Of a DNA stretch of 64,000 nucleotides, positions 1-9,888 are shown one piece after another (position 1 is the stretch's first letter; each line of letters begins with the position of its first letter). Both the position numbers and the translations under genes were made by a program. The notes beneath the pieces are model-generated. The model made no database searches and was not told where the DNA came from. It worked only from the letters and a program-made list of their open reading frames with translations. The DNA lies in NCBI GenBank assembly GCA_965661165.1, contig CBFICL010000001.1, forward strand, positions 5,220 through 69,219, in the 5' to 3' direction. Source of the DNA: an uncultured Holosporaceae bacterium (GTDB lineage Bacteria > Pseudomonadota > Alphaproteobacteria > Holosporales > Hepatobacteraceae).

Positions 1-668
1 TTCAAAAACGCAGCGGCTTCTTCTTCAGCGTTGCCGCCAATCTCGCCAATCATCACAATGGCGTGGGTGTCATTGTCATGGAGAAAAAGGTCTATGATAT
101 CCACAAACCCCAATCCCCCTATGGGGTCGCCGCCAATGCCCACGCAGGTGGATTGGCCCAGCCCTTGTTTGGTGAGTTGATCCACCGCCTCATAGGTGAG
201 GGTGCCCGAGCGTGACACAATGCCCACGGCCCCAGGTTTATGAATATCGCCGGGCATAATGCCGATTTTGGATTTTCCTGGTGAAATCACCCCGGGGCAA
301 TTGGGGCCGATCAGTTTTGTCTGTGTGGTGGCTAACGCTTGTTTGACGCGCACCATGTCCAGCACGGGGATGCCTTCCGTAATGCATATGACCAAACCAA
401 CACCGGCCTCAGCGGCCTCTAGGATCGCATCAGCAGCAAACGGGGGAGGCACATAAATCACACTGGCATCGGCGCCTGTTTCTTTGACGGCGGCCTCCAT
501 GGTGTTAAACACAGGCAGCCCTAGGTGCATTGTGCCACCTTTGCCTGGCGTCACGCCGCCCACCATGCGTGTGCCATAGGCCAGTGCTTGCTCTGTATGA
601 AACGTGCCGTGCTTGCCGGTAATGCCTTGGCATAATACGCGTGTGTGTTGGTCAATCAGAATGCTCAT
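1..668 (-). CDS. sucD: succinate--CoA ligase subunit alpha (3' end cut by window edge)
   Basis: The minus-strand frame is open from ATG (666-668) to the window edge. My translation is [45 protein letters not shown]...[13 protein letters not shown], a typical SucD N-terminal half. The start makes an ATGA overlap with the sucC stop. Confidence 0.9.
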   Translation of the reverse strand, partial: MSILIDQHTRVLCQGITGKHGTFHTEQALAYGTRMVGGVTPGKGGTMHLGLPVFNTMEAAVKETGADASVIYVPPPFAADAILEAAEAGVGLVICITEGIPVLDMVRVKQALATTQTKLIGPNCPGVISPGKSKIGIMPGDIHKPGAVGIVSRSGTLTYEAVDQLTKQGLGQSTCVGIGGDPIGGLGFVDIIDLFLHDNDTHAIVMIGEIGGNAEEEAAAFL

Positions 669-1831
669 GCCGCCTCCTGCGCCAATGCCACGGCGCGCCG
701 GGCAGCCTCTTCAAGGGAGGGGGCTGATTCAATGGTAAGGCCAGAGGTGGCCAGCAATGCTTCGGCCTCGCACACATGGGTGCCTGCCAAGCGCACCACG
801 ATGGGTTTTTGGATATGAAGGGTTTGGATGGCTTCCGTTAAGCCTTGCGCAATAAGGTCACAATGCATGATGCCGCCAAAAATGTTGACCAACACCGTTT
901 TGACGTTTGGGTCACTTAAAATAATGCGTAGCGCCGTTTTAATTTGCTCAAGGGACGCGCTGCCACCCACATCCAGAAAGTTGGCCGGCGCGCCGCCCAT
1001 AAGTGCAAGGGTGTCCATGGTGGCCATGGCGAGGCCCGCGCCGTTAACCATGCACCCAATATGCCCGTCTAACTGCACATAGCTGAATCCGGCCTGGTCT
1101 GCTTCCACCTCTTGGGGCGCGCTTTCTCGGGGGTCCTTAAGGGCGGCGATGTCTGGGTGACGATAGAGCGCGTTGTCATCAAAGGTGATTTTGGCGTCCA
1201 CAAGAAGCAAGTGGCCCTCTTGGGTCAGGACCAACGGGTTGATTTCAAGAAGCGACATATCCTTATCCACAAATCCTTGGTATAAGGTGGTTAACAGGTG
1301 ACGCAAGGGGGAGCGCAGGGCTGCGGGCCACGTCAGAAAATCGGCCACCCGCAAAATGTGAAAGGGCTTGAGCCCATAATAGGGGTCAATGTTGAGGGTC
1401 ACGATCTTGTGGGGCTCTGTGGCGGCGATCTCTTCGATATCTGCCCCGCCGGCAGACGAGGCCATGAGTGACACGCACCCATGATCGCGGTTGAGAAAAA
1501 AGCTGAGGTAATATTCTTGGTCAAAATCGGCCGCTTCCACAATATAGACATCATGCACCTTTTTGCCTTCAGGACCTGTTTGCGGGGTGACAAGATGTGC
1601 GCCTAAAAGTTCTGCCGCGATGGCTTCAGCCTCTTGCGGTGTTTTGGCAAAGCGAATGCCGCCCCCTTTGCCGCGCCCGCCGGCATGAATTTGCGCTTTC
1701 ACTACAAAAGGGGCGCGCAGACTGGCGCACAGGTCGGCCACCTCCGCGGTGTGGGCGACAAGCCCCCCTTTTTGCACCGGAAGGCCCATGCCTGCTAAAA
1801 GAGCTTTAGCCTGATGTTCATGAATATCCAT
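665..1831 (-). CDS. sucC: succinate--CoA ligase subunit beta (ADP-forming)
   Basis: ORF 665..2005. The conserved N-terminus [19 protein letters not shown] begins at internal Met59 (ATG 1829-1831). ATP-grasp and ligase-CoA regions are present ([34 protein letters not shown]). sucD lies directly downstream. Confidence 0.93.
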   Translation of the reverse strand: MDIHEHQAKALLAGMGLPVQKGGLVAHTAEVADLCASLRAPFVVKAQIHAGGRGKGGGIRFAKTPQEAEAIAAELLGAHLVTPQTGPEGKKVHDVYIVEAADFDQEYYLSFFLNRDHGCVSLMASSAGGADIEEIAATEPHKIVTLNIDPYYGLKPFHILRVADFLTWPAALRSPLRHLLTTLYQGFVDKDMSLLEINPLVLTQEGHLLLVDAKITFDDNALYRHPDIAALKDPRESAPQEVEADQAGFSYVQLDGHIGCMVNGAGLAMATMDTLALMGGAPANFLDVGGSASLEQIKTALRIILSDPNVKTVLVNIFGGIMHCDLIAQGLTEAIQTLHIQKPIVVRLAGTHVCEAEALLATSGLTIESAPSLEEAARRAVALAQEAA

Positions 1832-1847
1832 GGCGCGTGCCTCTGTT

Positions 1848-2855
1848 TTACTTTGTCTTGGGCGCGTGTTCCTTCGCGAGCGTGTGCAGGATGCCCTCGC
1901 GCACACCACGGTCAGCGGCAATAATAAAATCGACATTGAGGATGTCATAAATGGCCTCAAACAAGGCAATGCCGCCCATAATAGATTCAGCGCGTTGTTG
2001 GCCAATGCATGGGTGGTTGAGGCGATCTGAATAATGGGTAGTATTGAGATAGCGAATCACATTTTTGAGATTTTCGCGGGACAATACCGCTTCATGCACG
2101 CGGGTTTTGTCATAGCTCTCCAAACCTAAAATAATGGCTGCCAGGGTGGTGATGGTGCCGCTGGCCCCAATCATTTGCGCTTTGCCTTCGCGAATTACGC
2201 CATAAATATCGTGGCGAAGGGCAAACTCGTTCACTTCATGGGAAAAAAACTGTGTGATGTCCACCCGTTTTTCGGGATCTTTAAGCTGATCTTTGAGGGT
2301 GGCAAACCCATGGGGGAACGAAATGCTGTCAATCACCTTGAAATTTTGGTTAGGCAAGATTTTTGTCCACACAAGCTCTGTGCTTCCGCCGCCAATGTCA
2401 AAAACAATGGCATGAGAGAATTGGTCATCAAAAAGCTCAGCACATCCAGCAACGGCAAGCTCAGACTCTTCTTGTGGGGTGATCACTTCAATGCGAATGC
2501 CTGTTTTTTTGAAGGCCTCTTGCACAAATTCATCGGTGTTTTCTGCCCTGCGGCAGGCCGCTGTGGCCACGCAACGCATATAAGGCACATGATAAAACTG
2601 GAGTCTTTTGCGACACTCTTCCAAGGCGAGATAGGCACGATCCATGGCCTGCAGAGACAATTTGCGCGACTGCTCCAAATTTTCACCAAAACGTACAACG
2701 CGCGATAAAGAATCAATGTGCGTAAATTGCCTTGTGCCCTCAGACTCCACAAGGCGGGCAATGAGAAGGCGACAGGTGTTGGTGCCTAAATCGACGGATC
2801 CATAGAGATTGGCCCCAGGCTGGGCCCCAGAATGCTCGGCTTCAGAATTTGTCAT
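1848..2855 (-). CDS. Ppx/GppA family phosphatase (exopolyphosphatase-like)
   Basis: 335-aa ORF. N-terminal DLGTNTCRLLIARL and DIGGGSTEL are the ASKHA-fold phosphate-binding motifs of Ppx/GppA proteins. Confidence 0.8.
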   Translation of the reverse strand: MTNSEAEHSGAQPGANLYGSVDLGTNTCRLLIARLVESEGTRQFTHIDSLSRVVRFGENLEQSRKLSLQAMDRAYLALEECRKRLQFYHVPYMRCVATAACRRAENTDEFVQEAFKKTGIRIEVITPQEESELAVAGCAELFDDQFSHAIVFDIGGGSTELVWTKILPNQNFKVIDSISFPHGFATLKDQLKDPEKRVDITQFFSHEVNEFALRHDIYGVIREGKAQMIGASGTITTLAAIILGLESYDKTRVHEAVLSRENLKNVIRYLNTTHYSDRLNHPCIGQQRAESIMGGIALFEAIYDILNVDFIIAADRGVREGILHTLAKEHAPKTK

Positions 2856-2994
2856 GAAGCGATTCTAGCATAGTTTCTGGGAAAAGCTATTTTTTACTCT
2901 TTTTTTTTCGCACCTGCTTTTAACGGTTTATGGAGGTTCATCTCCTACCCTGGTGTTCAAACAGCATAGGGGGCATTGAGGGGGAATTCACATC

Positions 2995-3768
2995 GTGCGC
3001 AGCGTGATTGTAACAGGATCGACAAGTGGAATTGGATTAGGCATTGCCAAGGTTTTTGCCAAAAATGGTGATCAGGTGGTGCTCAATGGCATTGAGTCTG
3101 AAAGCGACGTGCAACCCTTGATGGAGGAGCTATCCACACTTTCAGGCCAAAAGGTTGTGTATTCGGGCGCAGATCTCAGCCGCGTTCAAGGATGTCATGA
3201 TCTTGTGGATACATGCCTTGGTGCGTTTGGCGCTGTGGACGTGGTGGTAAACAACGCGGGCATTCAGCACAAAGCGCTTGTGGAAAATTTTCCTGAAGAT
3301 CGGTGGAGAAAGGTGATTCAGCTTAACCTTGAGGCTGCCTTTTTTATTGCGCAAAAGGCTTTGCCTTATATGTATGAGAAAAAATGGGGTCGCTTGATTC
3401 ATATTTCCTCTGCGCACGGGTTGGTGGCGTCGGTGGAAAAGGCGGCCTATGTGGCGGCCAAGCATGGGTTGCTGGGGTTGTCTAAGGTGATGGCGCTTGA
3501 GGCGGCCGGTCGCGGCGTGACCAGTAACTGTATTTGTCCGGGTTGGGTGTTGACACCTTTGGTGCAAAAGCAAATTGAAGGCATTGCCGAAAGGGAAGGG
3601 TGCGATCTGAATGAAGCCAAGCATAAGCTGCTGGTGGAAAAGCAACCGTCTAAAGAATTTGCCACGCCTGAAGAAATCGGGGCGGCGACGTTCTTTTTGG
3701 CTTCACAAGAGGCGGCACAGATCACGGGCGCACATTTGGCTGTGGATGGCGGGTGGACGGCGCAATAG
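2995..3768 (+). CDS. bdhA: 3-hydroxybutyrate dehydrogenase (short-chain dehydrogenase/reductase)
   Basis: 257 aa with a GTG start. Matches include VTGSTSGIGLGIA, NNAGIQH, SAHGLVAS..KAAYVAAKHG, ICPGWVLTPLV, LLVEKQPSKEFATPEE and a DGGWTAQ C-terminus. These align almost block for block with known BdhA proteins. Confidence 0.88.
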   Translation: MRSVIVTGSTSGIGLGIAKVFAKNGDQVVLNGIESESDVQPLMEELSTLSGQKVVYSGADLSRVQGCHDLVDTCLGAFGAVDVVVNNAGIQHKALVENFPEDRWRKVIQLNLEAAFFIAQKALPYMYEKKWGRLIHISSAHGLVASVEKAAYVAAKHGLLGLSKVMALEAAGRGVTSNCICPGWVLTPLVQKQIEGIAEREGCDLNEAKHKLLVEKQPSKEFATPEEIGAATFFLASQEAAQITGAHLAVDGGWTAQ

Positions 3769-3814
3769 GCCTTCGCACCGTTTCTTGCTAGGCCGCTTTT
3801 TCTAGCGCTCTTTG

Positions 3815-4552
3815 TTAGAGGCTGAATTCAGCGCCCAGATAAATTTCTTGCACCATGGGGTCATTCACAATATCTTGCGGTGTGCCTTCTTTAAGAATGG
3901 TGCCTCCGTTGATGATATAGGCCCTATCCACCACCGCCAGCGTTTCGCGGACGTTGTGATCGGTGATCAAAATCCCTAAGTCTTTTTTCTTCAGCTTTTT
4001 GATCAGGGTGCGTATGTCGCGCATCATTTTGGGATCAATGCCCGCCAGCGGCTCATCAAAAAGCAAAAAGCGGGGCGAGCCCACCAAGGACCTGGCAATT
4101 TCAACGCGGCGGCGCTCACCGCCTGACAGAACTTTAGCTTGTTTAAAGCGAATGTCATTGAGGCGAAATTCATCAAGCAGCTGTTGCAGCACCTCCTCAC
4201 GTTTGGCTTTATCGCGATGGAAAATCTCAATAATGGCCATGATGTTGTCTTCAACGCTGAGGCCTCTGAAAATGGAGGTGTCTTGGGGGAGATAGCGTAT
4301 GCCGGCCCGGGCGCGCATATACATGGGCAACCCTGAAAGGTCGAGGTGCCCGAGTGAGATGGTGCCTGTGTCATTGGCGATCAGACCCGTCACCATGCCA
4401 AAGGATGTGGTTTTGCCAGCGCCGTTGGGCCCTAACAACCCCACCACTTCACCAGTGCGTACATGAAAGCTGACGTTGTGTACCACCGGCGTACCGTGAT
4501 AGGTTTTTTTGAGATTTTTAGCCGAAAGAACAAGGGGAAGAGAGGCAATCAT
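3815..4552 (-). CDS. lptB: LPS export ABC transporter ATP-binding protein LptB
   Basis: 245 aa. Walker A GPNGAGKTT, signature LSGGERRRVEIAR, Walker B LLFDEP and YLPQDTSIFRGLSV are present. It is the last gene of a kdsD-lptC-lptA-lptB string. Confidence 0.92.
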   Translation of the reverse strand: MIASLPLVLSAKNLKKTYHGTPVVHNVSFHVRTGEVVGLLGPNGAGKTTSFGMVTGLIANDTGTISLGHLDLSGLPMYMRARAGIRYLPQDTSIFRGLSVEDNIMAIIEIFHRDKAKREEVLQQLLDEFRLNDIRFKQAKVLSGGERRRVEIARSLVGSPRFLLFDEPLAGIDPKMMRDIRTLIKKLKKKDLGILITDHNVRETLAVVDRAYIINGGTILKEGTPQDIVNDPMVQEIYLGAEFSL

Positions 4553-4588
4553 AATAAGGTCAAGAAAAGAAAACTCATAATGCTGGTT

Positions 4589-5344
4589 TTACGTTTGGGC
4601 GTCCTTCTGTGAGGGCTGGCGAAAAAGGCCTTTGGTGCGGCCACCATGCCTATTGTGAAAAAAAGCTTCGGTTGTGTCTAGTCTATAGATAGCTTTATCC
4701 ATCAGGGCAATCCCTTCAGCATCGGCCATCTTGACGTTACCATAAAGCGTGAGCTTCTTTTGGTTGGGGTCATATACAGCCCTCTGGGCGGCGATGGTGA
4801 CGTGGGTGTTGACAAAAAGTACATCGCCTTCGCTTGTGGCGTGGATCACAGCGTCCCCTTTGGGGGGTTGTTTCACCTCAAAGGTGAGGGTTTGTGCTGT
4901 AAGCGTGGCTTTGTGAGCAGGAAAGATCATATGCGGGCGCTGTATGTGCCCCTGACGCTTGAGGTGATGAAAGGTGCACGGAAAAGGGGAGAGGATATAA
5001 AAGTCTTTCAGCACAATCCGCGGGTTTCCATAAAGGGTGGTGGTGTGGCTGCTGTGTTCATAGCGCGCTTTTTGTCCCAAGGCTTGCACATGGGGCATAT
5101 CAATACGCACCATGCCGCGAGCTTGAAGGGTTTGGATGGCGTGGGGCTCTTTTGTAAAGGTCATATCCATGCGATCGGCGCGGATGCGTAAATCCTTTTT
5201 GCTGAGATCAACGTGGCCCAGCGCGGTGCACGTGCCCTTCGTTTGATGACAGCTCATTTTGGTGTCAGCGCGGATCACCAATTTATCATCACAAAGCGCC
5301 TGCGTGAGGCTTAAAAGCCACAGGGCGATCACAAGGCGCATCAT
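4589..5344 (-). CDS. lptA: LPS transport periplasmic protein LptA (OstA N-terminal domain family)
   Basis: ORF 4589..5386. The start is placed at Met15 (ATG 5342-5344), which gives the signal peptide MMRLVIALWLLSLTQA and an ATGA overlap with the lptC stop. A repetitive beta-jellyroll-like sequence and its position between lptC and lptB support the call. Confidence 0.75.
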   Translation of the reverse strand: MMRLVIALWLLSLTQALCDDKLVIRADTKMSCHQTKGTCTALGHVDLSKKDLRIRADRMDMTFTKEPHAIQTLQARGMVRIDMPHVQALGQKARYEHSSHTTTLYGNPRIVLKDFYILSPFPCTFHHLKRQGHIQRPHMIFPAHKATLTAQTLTFEVKQPPKGDAVIHATSEGDVLFVNTHVTIAAQRAVYDPNQKKLTLYGNVKMADAEGIALMDKAIYRLDTTEAFFHNRHGGRTKGLFRQPSQKDAQT

Positions 5345-5820
5345 GGAGCTACATTCAGAACAAGTTGAGATTGTCCCTTCAAGCACAGATATTCCCCGGC
5401 GTTATCAAGGGAAAACCCGTCGGCCTCAAAGGTGCCCAAAGGCCCCTTTCCATGAATGGGATGGTTTCCGTCGACGTGCTTTGTTTCAGGGTTTAGGCGT
5501 ACATCGCGTGACACAATGTGGGTGCCATCTTCTGTATCCAGGGTGACGTTGCCTGTCAGGTTAACCACGTTTTTTTCCACATAATGCCCCTCTTGACCCG
5601 TAATTTTGATTGTTTTTTGAGGGCTGACCAATACATAAGACATGTCGCGGGCCTCTGTTTTAAAAGAGGTTTTGCTTTTGTTGGGCGGGGCAGTCACAGG
5701 TTTCGTTAAGCTTGGCATTAAAAAATAAAGGCAGGTGAGGACCCAAAGCCCCACAAGGGCCCACCGGGTCATGCGGATGATGCGTTCATAGTGCTTGAAA
5801 AAAAGGGAGATATCGCTCAT
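5341..5820 (-). CDS. lptC: LPS export system protein LptC
   Basis: ORF 5341..5913. The start is placed at Met32 (ATG 5818-5820), making an ATGA overlap with the kdsD stop. An N-terminal membrane anchor (WALVGLWVLTCLYFLM) is followed by a periplasmic beta-rich domain. The position is syntenic. Confidence 0.7.
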   Translation of the reverse strand: MSDISLFFKHYERIIRMTRWALVGLWVLTCLYFLMPSLTKPVTAPPNKSKTSFKTEARDMSYVLVSPQKTIKITGQEGHYVEKNVVNLTGNVTLDTEDGTHIVSRDVRLNPETKHVDGNHPIHGKGPLGTFEADGFSLDNAGEYLCLKGQSQLVLNVAP

Positions 5821-6821
5821 AAAGACCGCACTCCTTGAAGCTGTGCTTGATAGGACAAACAATCGTGCCACGTGGCCAGCCCTAAGATTTTTTGATGAGG
5901 GTCTGTCACGCACAAGGCGTGTATTTTTTTAGACGACATCAGCGCCATGGCTTCATCCAGAAAACAAGTTGGCGCGGTCGTGATGGGCCCGCGGGTCATG
6001 ATCTCCTCCGCCCTTTGGGTCAGTAAGGCGGGGCTCATGGCGCGTCTTAAGTCACCATCGCTGATAATGCCAAGAAGGGTGTGGTCTGGCGTCGCAATCA
6101 CCACGCATCCTGATTGTTTTTCGGTCATCACCAACAAAACCTCTGACATGAGGGTGTGGGGCGAGACAAGCGGCAAAACAGAGCCCGTTCGCATGATGGT
6201 TTCTAAGGTTGTCAACTTAAACCCAAGGCTGCCGCCGGGGTGAAATTGTTTATACGTTTCCGCAGAAAGGTTTTTTTGGTGGGCCAGCGACGACATCAAT
6301 ATATCGCCCAAGGTGAGCATGAGAAACGTCGATGTGGTGGGCGCTAAGCCCAGCGGGCAGATCTCTTGCGCAGACGGAAGGGTCAGCACCACGTCTGCAG
6401 CACGACCAAGCGAGCTTTGGGGCATCGCCGTCATGGCGATGATAAAAGATCCAACATGCTTGGCATGCCTGAGCACGGGTGCCAGCTCTTGCGTTTCGCC
6501 TGAATTAGAAAGGATAAAGAGCGTGTCTTGTGGGCCGATGATGCCCAAATCGCCGTGGGCGGCCTCGGTGGGGTGAATAAACACCGCCGGCGTGCCTGTG
6601 GAGGTGAAGGAGGCTGCTAATTTTCTGGCAATGTGGCCGCTTTTGCCCACCCCTGCTAAGATGAGTGTTCCCTTAAGAGCAGCTAGATGGCCCCGCGCGT
6701 GCGCAAAGGCCTTGTCAAACGAAGCTTCCAGCTCTTCAAGCGCGCGTTGATAAACAACCAACATGGCCTTTTCAGGAAGAGGGGGCCTCTCAACGGTTTG
6801 TGTTTTCTGAAGAACAGGCAT
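5817..6821 (-). CDS. kdsD: arabinose-5-phosphate isomerase (KpsF/GutQ/KdsD family; SIS plus tandem CBS domains)
   Basis: 334 aa. SIS-domain motifs GVGKSGHIARKLAASFTSTGTPA and LSNSGET are followed by two CBS-like repeats. It heads the lpt operon. Confidence 0.88.
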   Translation of the reverse strand: MPVLQKTQTVERPPLPEKAMLVVYQRALEELEASFDKAFAHARGHLAALKGTLILAGVGKSGHIARKLAASFTSTGTPAVFIHPTEAAHGDLGIIGPQDTLFILSNSGETQELAPVLRHAKHVGSFIIAMTAMPQSSLGRAADVVLTLPSAQEICPLGLAPTTSTFLMLTLGDILMSSLAHQKNLSAETYKQFHPGGSLGFKLTTLETIMRTGSVLPLVSPHTLMSEVLLVMTEKQSGCVVIATPDHTLLGIISDGDLRRAMSPALLTQRAEEIMTRGPITTAPTCFLDEAMALMSSKKIHALCVTDPHQKILGLATWHDCLSYQAQLQGVRSL

Positions 6822-6984
6822 CGCTGTCTCCCCAAGAATGTTAGCCCTAGTTTACCGCACAATGCCTCACAGATCAACAATAGCGGTCCTTCGTCTCCTT
6901 GGTTCTTTGCGCACGTTTCCCCCCCTTGTTCTTTGGAAAAGATGTGTGTTAGCTTGGCTTTGAAGGTGTTAGGCGTCAAAGAGC

Positions 6985-8880
6985 ATGGATCCGCAGGCAG
7001 AGCATAGAATGAAAACAGGATTTGACTGGGCCAAAGAACGTGCTGTGAAAGATGCGGCCCTTATGCGTGTGCAGGGCCAGCTGTTTGATTTGTCCTCTTC
7101 GTGGCCATCAGACACAGAGGTTGAGGTTTTGCCACGCACGCATCCTGATGTGTTGCCCACGCTCCGTCATGATATGGCCCATGTGTTGGCGCAAGCGGTG
7201 AAAGAGCTGTATGACGATGTGCAGGTGACCATTGGCCCTGATATTGAGCATGGGTTTTATTATGACTTTTATCGCGAAACCTCCTTTCGGGATGAAGATT
7301 TGCCCGTCATCGAGGCGCGCATGCGGGAGATTGTGAAACGAGATGAGCGTTTTGTGCGCCAGGAGTGGTCGCGCCCTGAGGCCATTGCTTATTTCAAGAA
7401 CCAAGGGGAGCACTTTAAGGTAGAGCTTATCGAGGGACTACCGGCGGACGAGGTGCTTTCGGTCTATCGCCAGGGCACGTTTCTTGATTTGTGCCGCGGA
7501 CCTCATTTGCCCTCAACGCGTTATGTGGGGCGAGGGTTTAAACTTACGCGTTTGGCGGGGGCCTATTGGCGTGGGGATGCACAAGGGGTCAAGCTGCAAA
7601 GAATCTATGGGCTAGGGTTTGCCACAGAACAAGACTTGGCCGACCACCTCACGTTTTTGGACGAAGCGGAAAAGCGGGATCATCGCCGCTTGGGGCGTGA
7701 GATGGATCTTTTTCATTTTCAAGAAGAGGCGGCGGGGAGTGTGTTTTGGCATCCTAAGGGCTGGCGCATTTATACCTGTTTGCAGCACTATATCCGCCAT
7801 CGTCTGGAATCGGCTGGTTATCAAGAGATCAACACGCCTCAGGTATTGTCCCGCACATTTTGGGAAAAGTCGGGTCATTGGGATAAGTTCAGGCACGCCA
7901 TGATCACCTGTGATTTGCCTGAGGCCCAAGAGCACAAAGAGCCTTTGGCGCTTAAACCTATGAGCTGCCCAGGGCATGTGGAGGTATTTAAGCAGGGCAT
8001 CAAAAGTTATCGCGACTTGCCCTTGCGTTTTTCTGAATTTGGCGCCTGTGTGCGTTATGAGCCTTCGGGCGCTCTGTTTGGTCTGATGCGTGTGCGCGCG
8101 TTTACCCAAGATGATGCCCACATTTTTTGCACGCCTGCCCAGGCGTTGGAGGAAACCAAGGCGTTTTGTGATCTGTTGGCGTCGGTGTACAAAGATTTGG
8201 GATTTGAGGACGTGGGCGTGATGTTTTCAGATCGTCCCGACATGCGCGCTGGTGATGATCAGACATGGGACAGAGCGGAAGAGGCGCTTAAAGCCGGCGC
8301 TGAAGCAGCAGGGCTTTCATGGACGCTCAATCCGGGGGAAGGTGCGTTTTATGGCCCCAAGCTTGAGTTTGTGTTGAAAGACAGCCTGGGCCGTCATTGG
8401 CAGTGCGGCACCCTTCAGGTGGATTTGGTGTTGCCTGAGCGTTTGGGTGCGCGTTATGTCGATGCGTCGGGCGCGAAACAAACACCGTGGATGTTGCATC
8501 GAGCTATTTTAGGATCGTTTGAGCGTTTTACGGGGATTTTGATCGAGCACTATCATGGTCGTTTGCCCTTGTGGTTGGCGCCTGTGCAGGTGGTGGTGCT
8601 GCCGATTACCAATGCTCTTGATTCTTATGCCCAAGATGTGTTACAAGCTTTCGAGTCCGGGGGGCTGCGTGCCCATATGGATGGAAGGTCTGTGAAAATT
8701 GGCGCAAAGATTCGTGAAGCCGTGATGAGCAAGGTGCCCCATATTGCAGTGGTTGGGGAGCAGGAAGCGTCAAGCCGATCCATCTCTTTGCGTGCACCTG
8801 ACGGTACACAAACGGTTCTGTCGTTGCAGGCAGGGGTGGACAAACTTGTTTCTTGTGCCAAGATGCCTTCACATGGTTGA
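6985..8880 (+). CDS. thrS: threonine--tRNA ligase
   Basis: 631 aa. LRHDMAHVLAQAV, the class II motifs (FRHAMITCD..LALKPMSCPGH, RVRAFTQDDAHIF, GEGAFYGPKLEF, MLHRAILGSFERF) and an anticodon-binding tail are present. An in-frame TAG at 6970-6972 fixes the maximal N-terminus. Confidence 0.93.
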   Translation: MDPQAEHRMKTGFDWAKERAVKDAALMRVQGQLFDLSSSWPSDTEVEVLPRTHPDVLPTLRHDMAHVLAQAVKELYDDVQVTIGPDIEHGFYYDFYRETSFRDEDLPVIEARMREIVKRDERFVRQEWSRPEAIAYFKNQGEHFKVELIEGLPADEVLSVYRQGTFLDLCRGPHLPSTRYVGRGFKLTRLAGAYWRGDAQGVKLQRIYGLGFATEQDLADHLTFLDEAEKRDHRRLGREMDLFHFQEEAAGSVFWHPKGWRIYTCLQHYIRHRLESAGYQEINTPQVLSRTFWEKSGHWDKFRHAMITCDLPEAQEHKEPLALKPMSCPGHVEVFKQGIKSYRDLPLRFSEFGACVRYEPSGALFGLMRVRAFTQDDAHIFCTPAQALEETKAFCDLLASVYKDLGFEDVGVMFSDRPDMRAGDDQTWDRAEEALKAGAEAAGLSWTLNPGEGAFYGPKLEFVLKDSLGRHWQCGTLQVDLVLPERLGARYVDASGAKQTPWMLHRAILGSFERFTGILIEHYHGRLPLWLAPVQVVVLPITNALDSYAQDVLQAFESGGLRAHMDGRSVKIGAKIREAVMSKVPHIAVVGEQEASSRSISLRAPDGTQTVLSLQAGVDKLVSCAKMPSHG

Positions 8881-8916
8881 GTTGAGATAAGGAGTGAGCT
8901 TCTGGACCAGAAAAAA

Positions 8917-9495
8917 ATGAATGCAGGTCCGCGCATCAATGATCACATTCGTGCCGCAAAGGTGCGTCTGATTGATAGCGAGGGAGAGTTTTTAGGCATT
9001 GTGTCTCTTGAAGAGGCGCGAGAAGAGGCGGCGCGTCGAGGCCTTGATCTGGTTGAGGTTGCGGCCGATGCACGCCCACCTGTGTGCAAAATTCTTGATT
9101 ACGGCAAGCTTCGTTTTGAAGAGCGCAAAAAGAAAGCGCTTATGAAAAAGAAGCAAAAATCGCTCGACACCAAAGAGCTGCAATTTCGTTTAAAAATCGG
9201 TGACCATGATTATCAGGTTAAGCTGCGTCAAGCGGAAAACTTTTTAAAGCAAGGCCACCGTTTGCGTGTGGTGGTGCGTTTTAAAGGGCGTGAAATTGGC
9301 CATCAAAATATGGGCGTCGATCTTGTCAACAAAATTCTGGCCGATCTATCGGCGTTGGGCAAACCTGAGGCTGTGACGAAAAGTGAGGGGCGCCGTATGT
9401 TGGTGGTGGTGGTGCCGTTGGCCAAAAAAGCTAGCCAGCAGGAGAAAATATCACCTGAAAAGCCTGTGCCTCCACATGCCGCGCCTGGGGGCTGA
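8917..9495 (+). CDS. infC: translation initiation factor IF-3
   Basis: 192 aa. Motifs include PRINDHIRAAKVRLIDSEGEFLGIVSLEEA, DLVEV and KELQFRLKIGDHDYQVK. The true initiation codon may be the in-frame CTG at 8902 (see findings). Confidence 0.9.
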   Translation: MNAGPRINDHIRAAKVRLIDSEGEFLGIVSLEEAREEAARRGLDLVEVAADARPPVCKILDYGKLRFEERKKKALMKKKQKSLDTKELQFRLKIGDHDYQVKLRQAENFLKQGHRLRVVVRFKGREIGHQNMGVDLVNKILADLSALGKPEAVTKSEGRRMLVVVVPLAKKASQQEKISPEKPVPPHAAPGG

Positions 9496-9888
9496 TCGGA
9501 GGCTTCTCTACCTAAAGCGTCCATACCTGCTGACGCGCCTGAAGCAAAGCCATAACCCATCTTGGCATAACCTTGTCTTGGGCGGGCTTGTCTCAGGTGC
9601 GTGTCTTCTTTGTGCTGGATGTTTTGGTCCTGTCGGTGCGTCTTTTTCCTTTGCCAGGCTTTTGTGTGCATTACGTGTGGTTTTCTTGAGGCGCCGCTTC
9701 TATTCCATGCCTTCGCACCATGGGCCTGTGACGGTCATCATGCCTTACACGTTAAAGCGCTTTTCCTGCTTGTATCAGGTCATCCTGGCGGTGACGATAT
9801 AGAGACGACATGATTGTTTAACGTGTATGAAAAAGGTCAAAGAGTCATCAGCTGCGACTGTGCAAGGTCCTCATACTTCATGCGTCCC

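Noticed and set aside
6942-7007. I considered a frameshifted N-terminal extension of thrS. A 21-codon ORF in another frame (MCVSLALKVLGVKEHGSAGRA) overlaps the thrS start and faintly resembles the first TGS-domain strand. It would restore a more canonical length.
   Set aside because: The similarity is too weak, the key PDGS-type residues are absent, and the join would need a 5-residue insertion. The ATG at 6985 already gives a near full-length enzyme. It could still be checked against read data.
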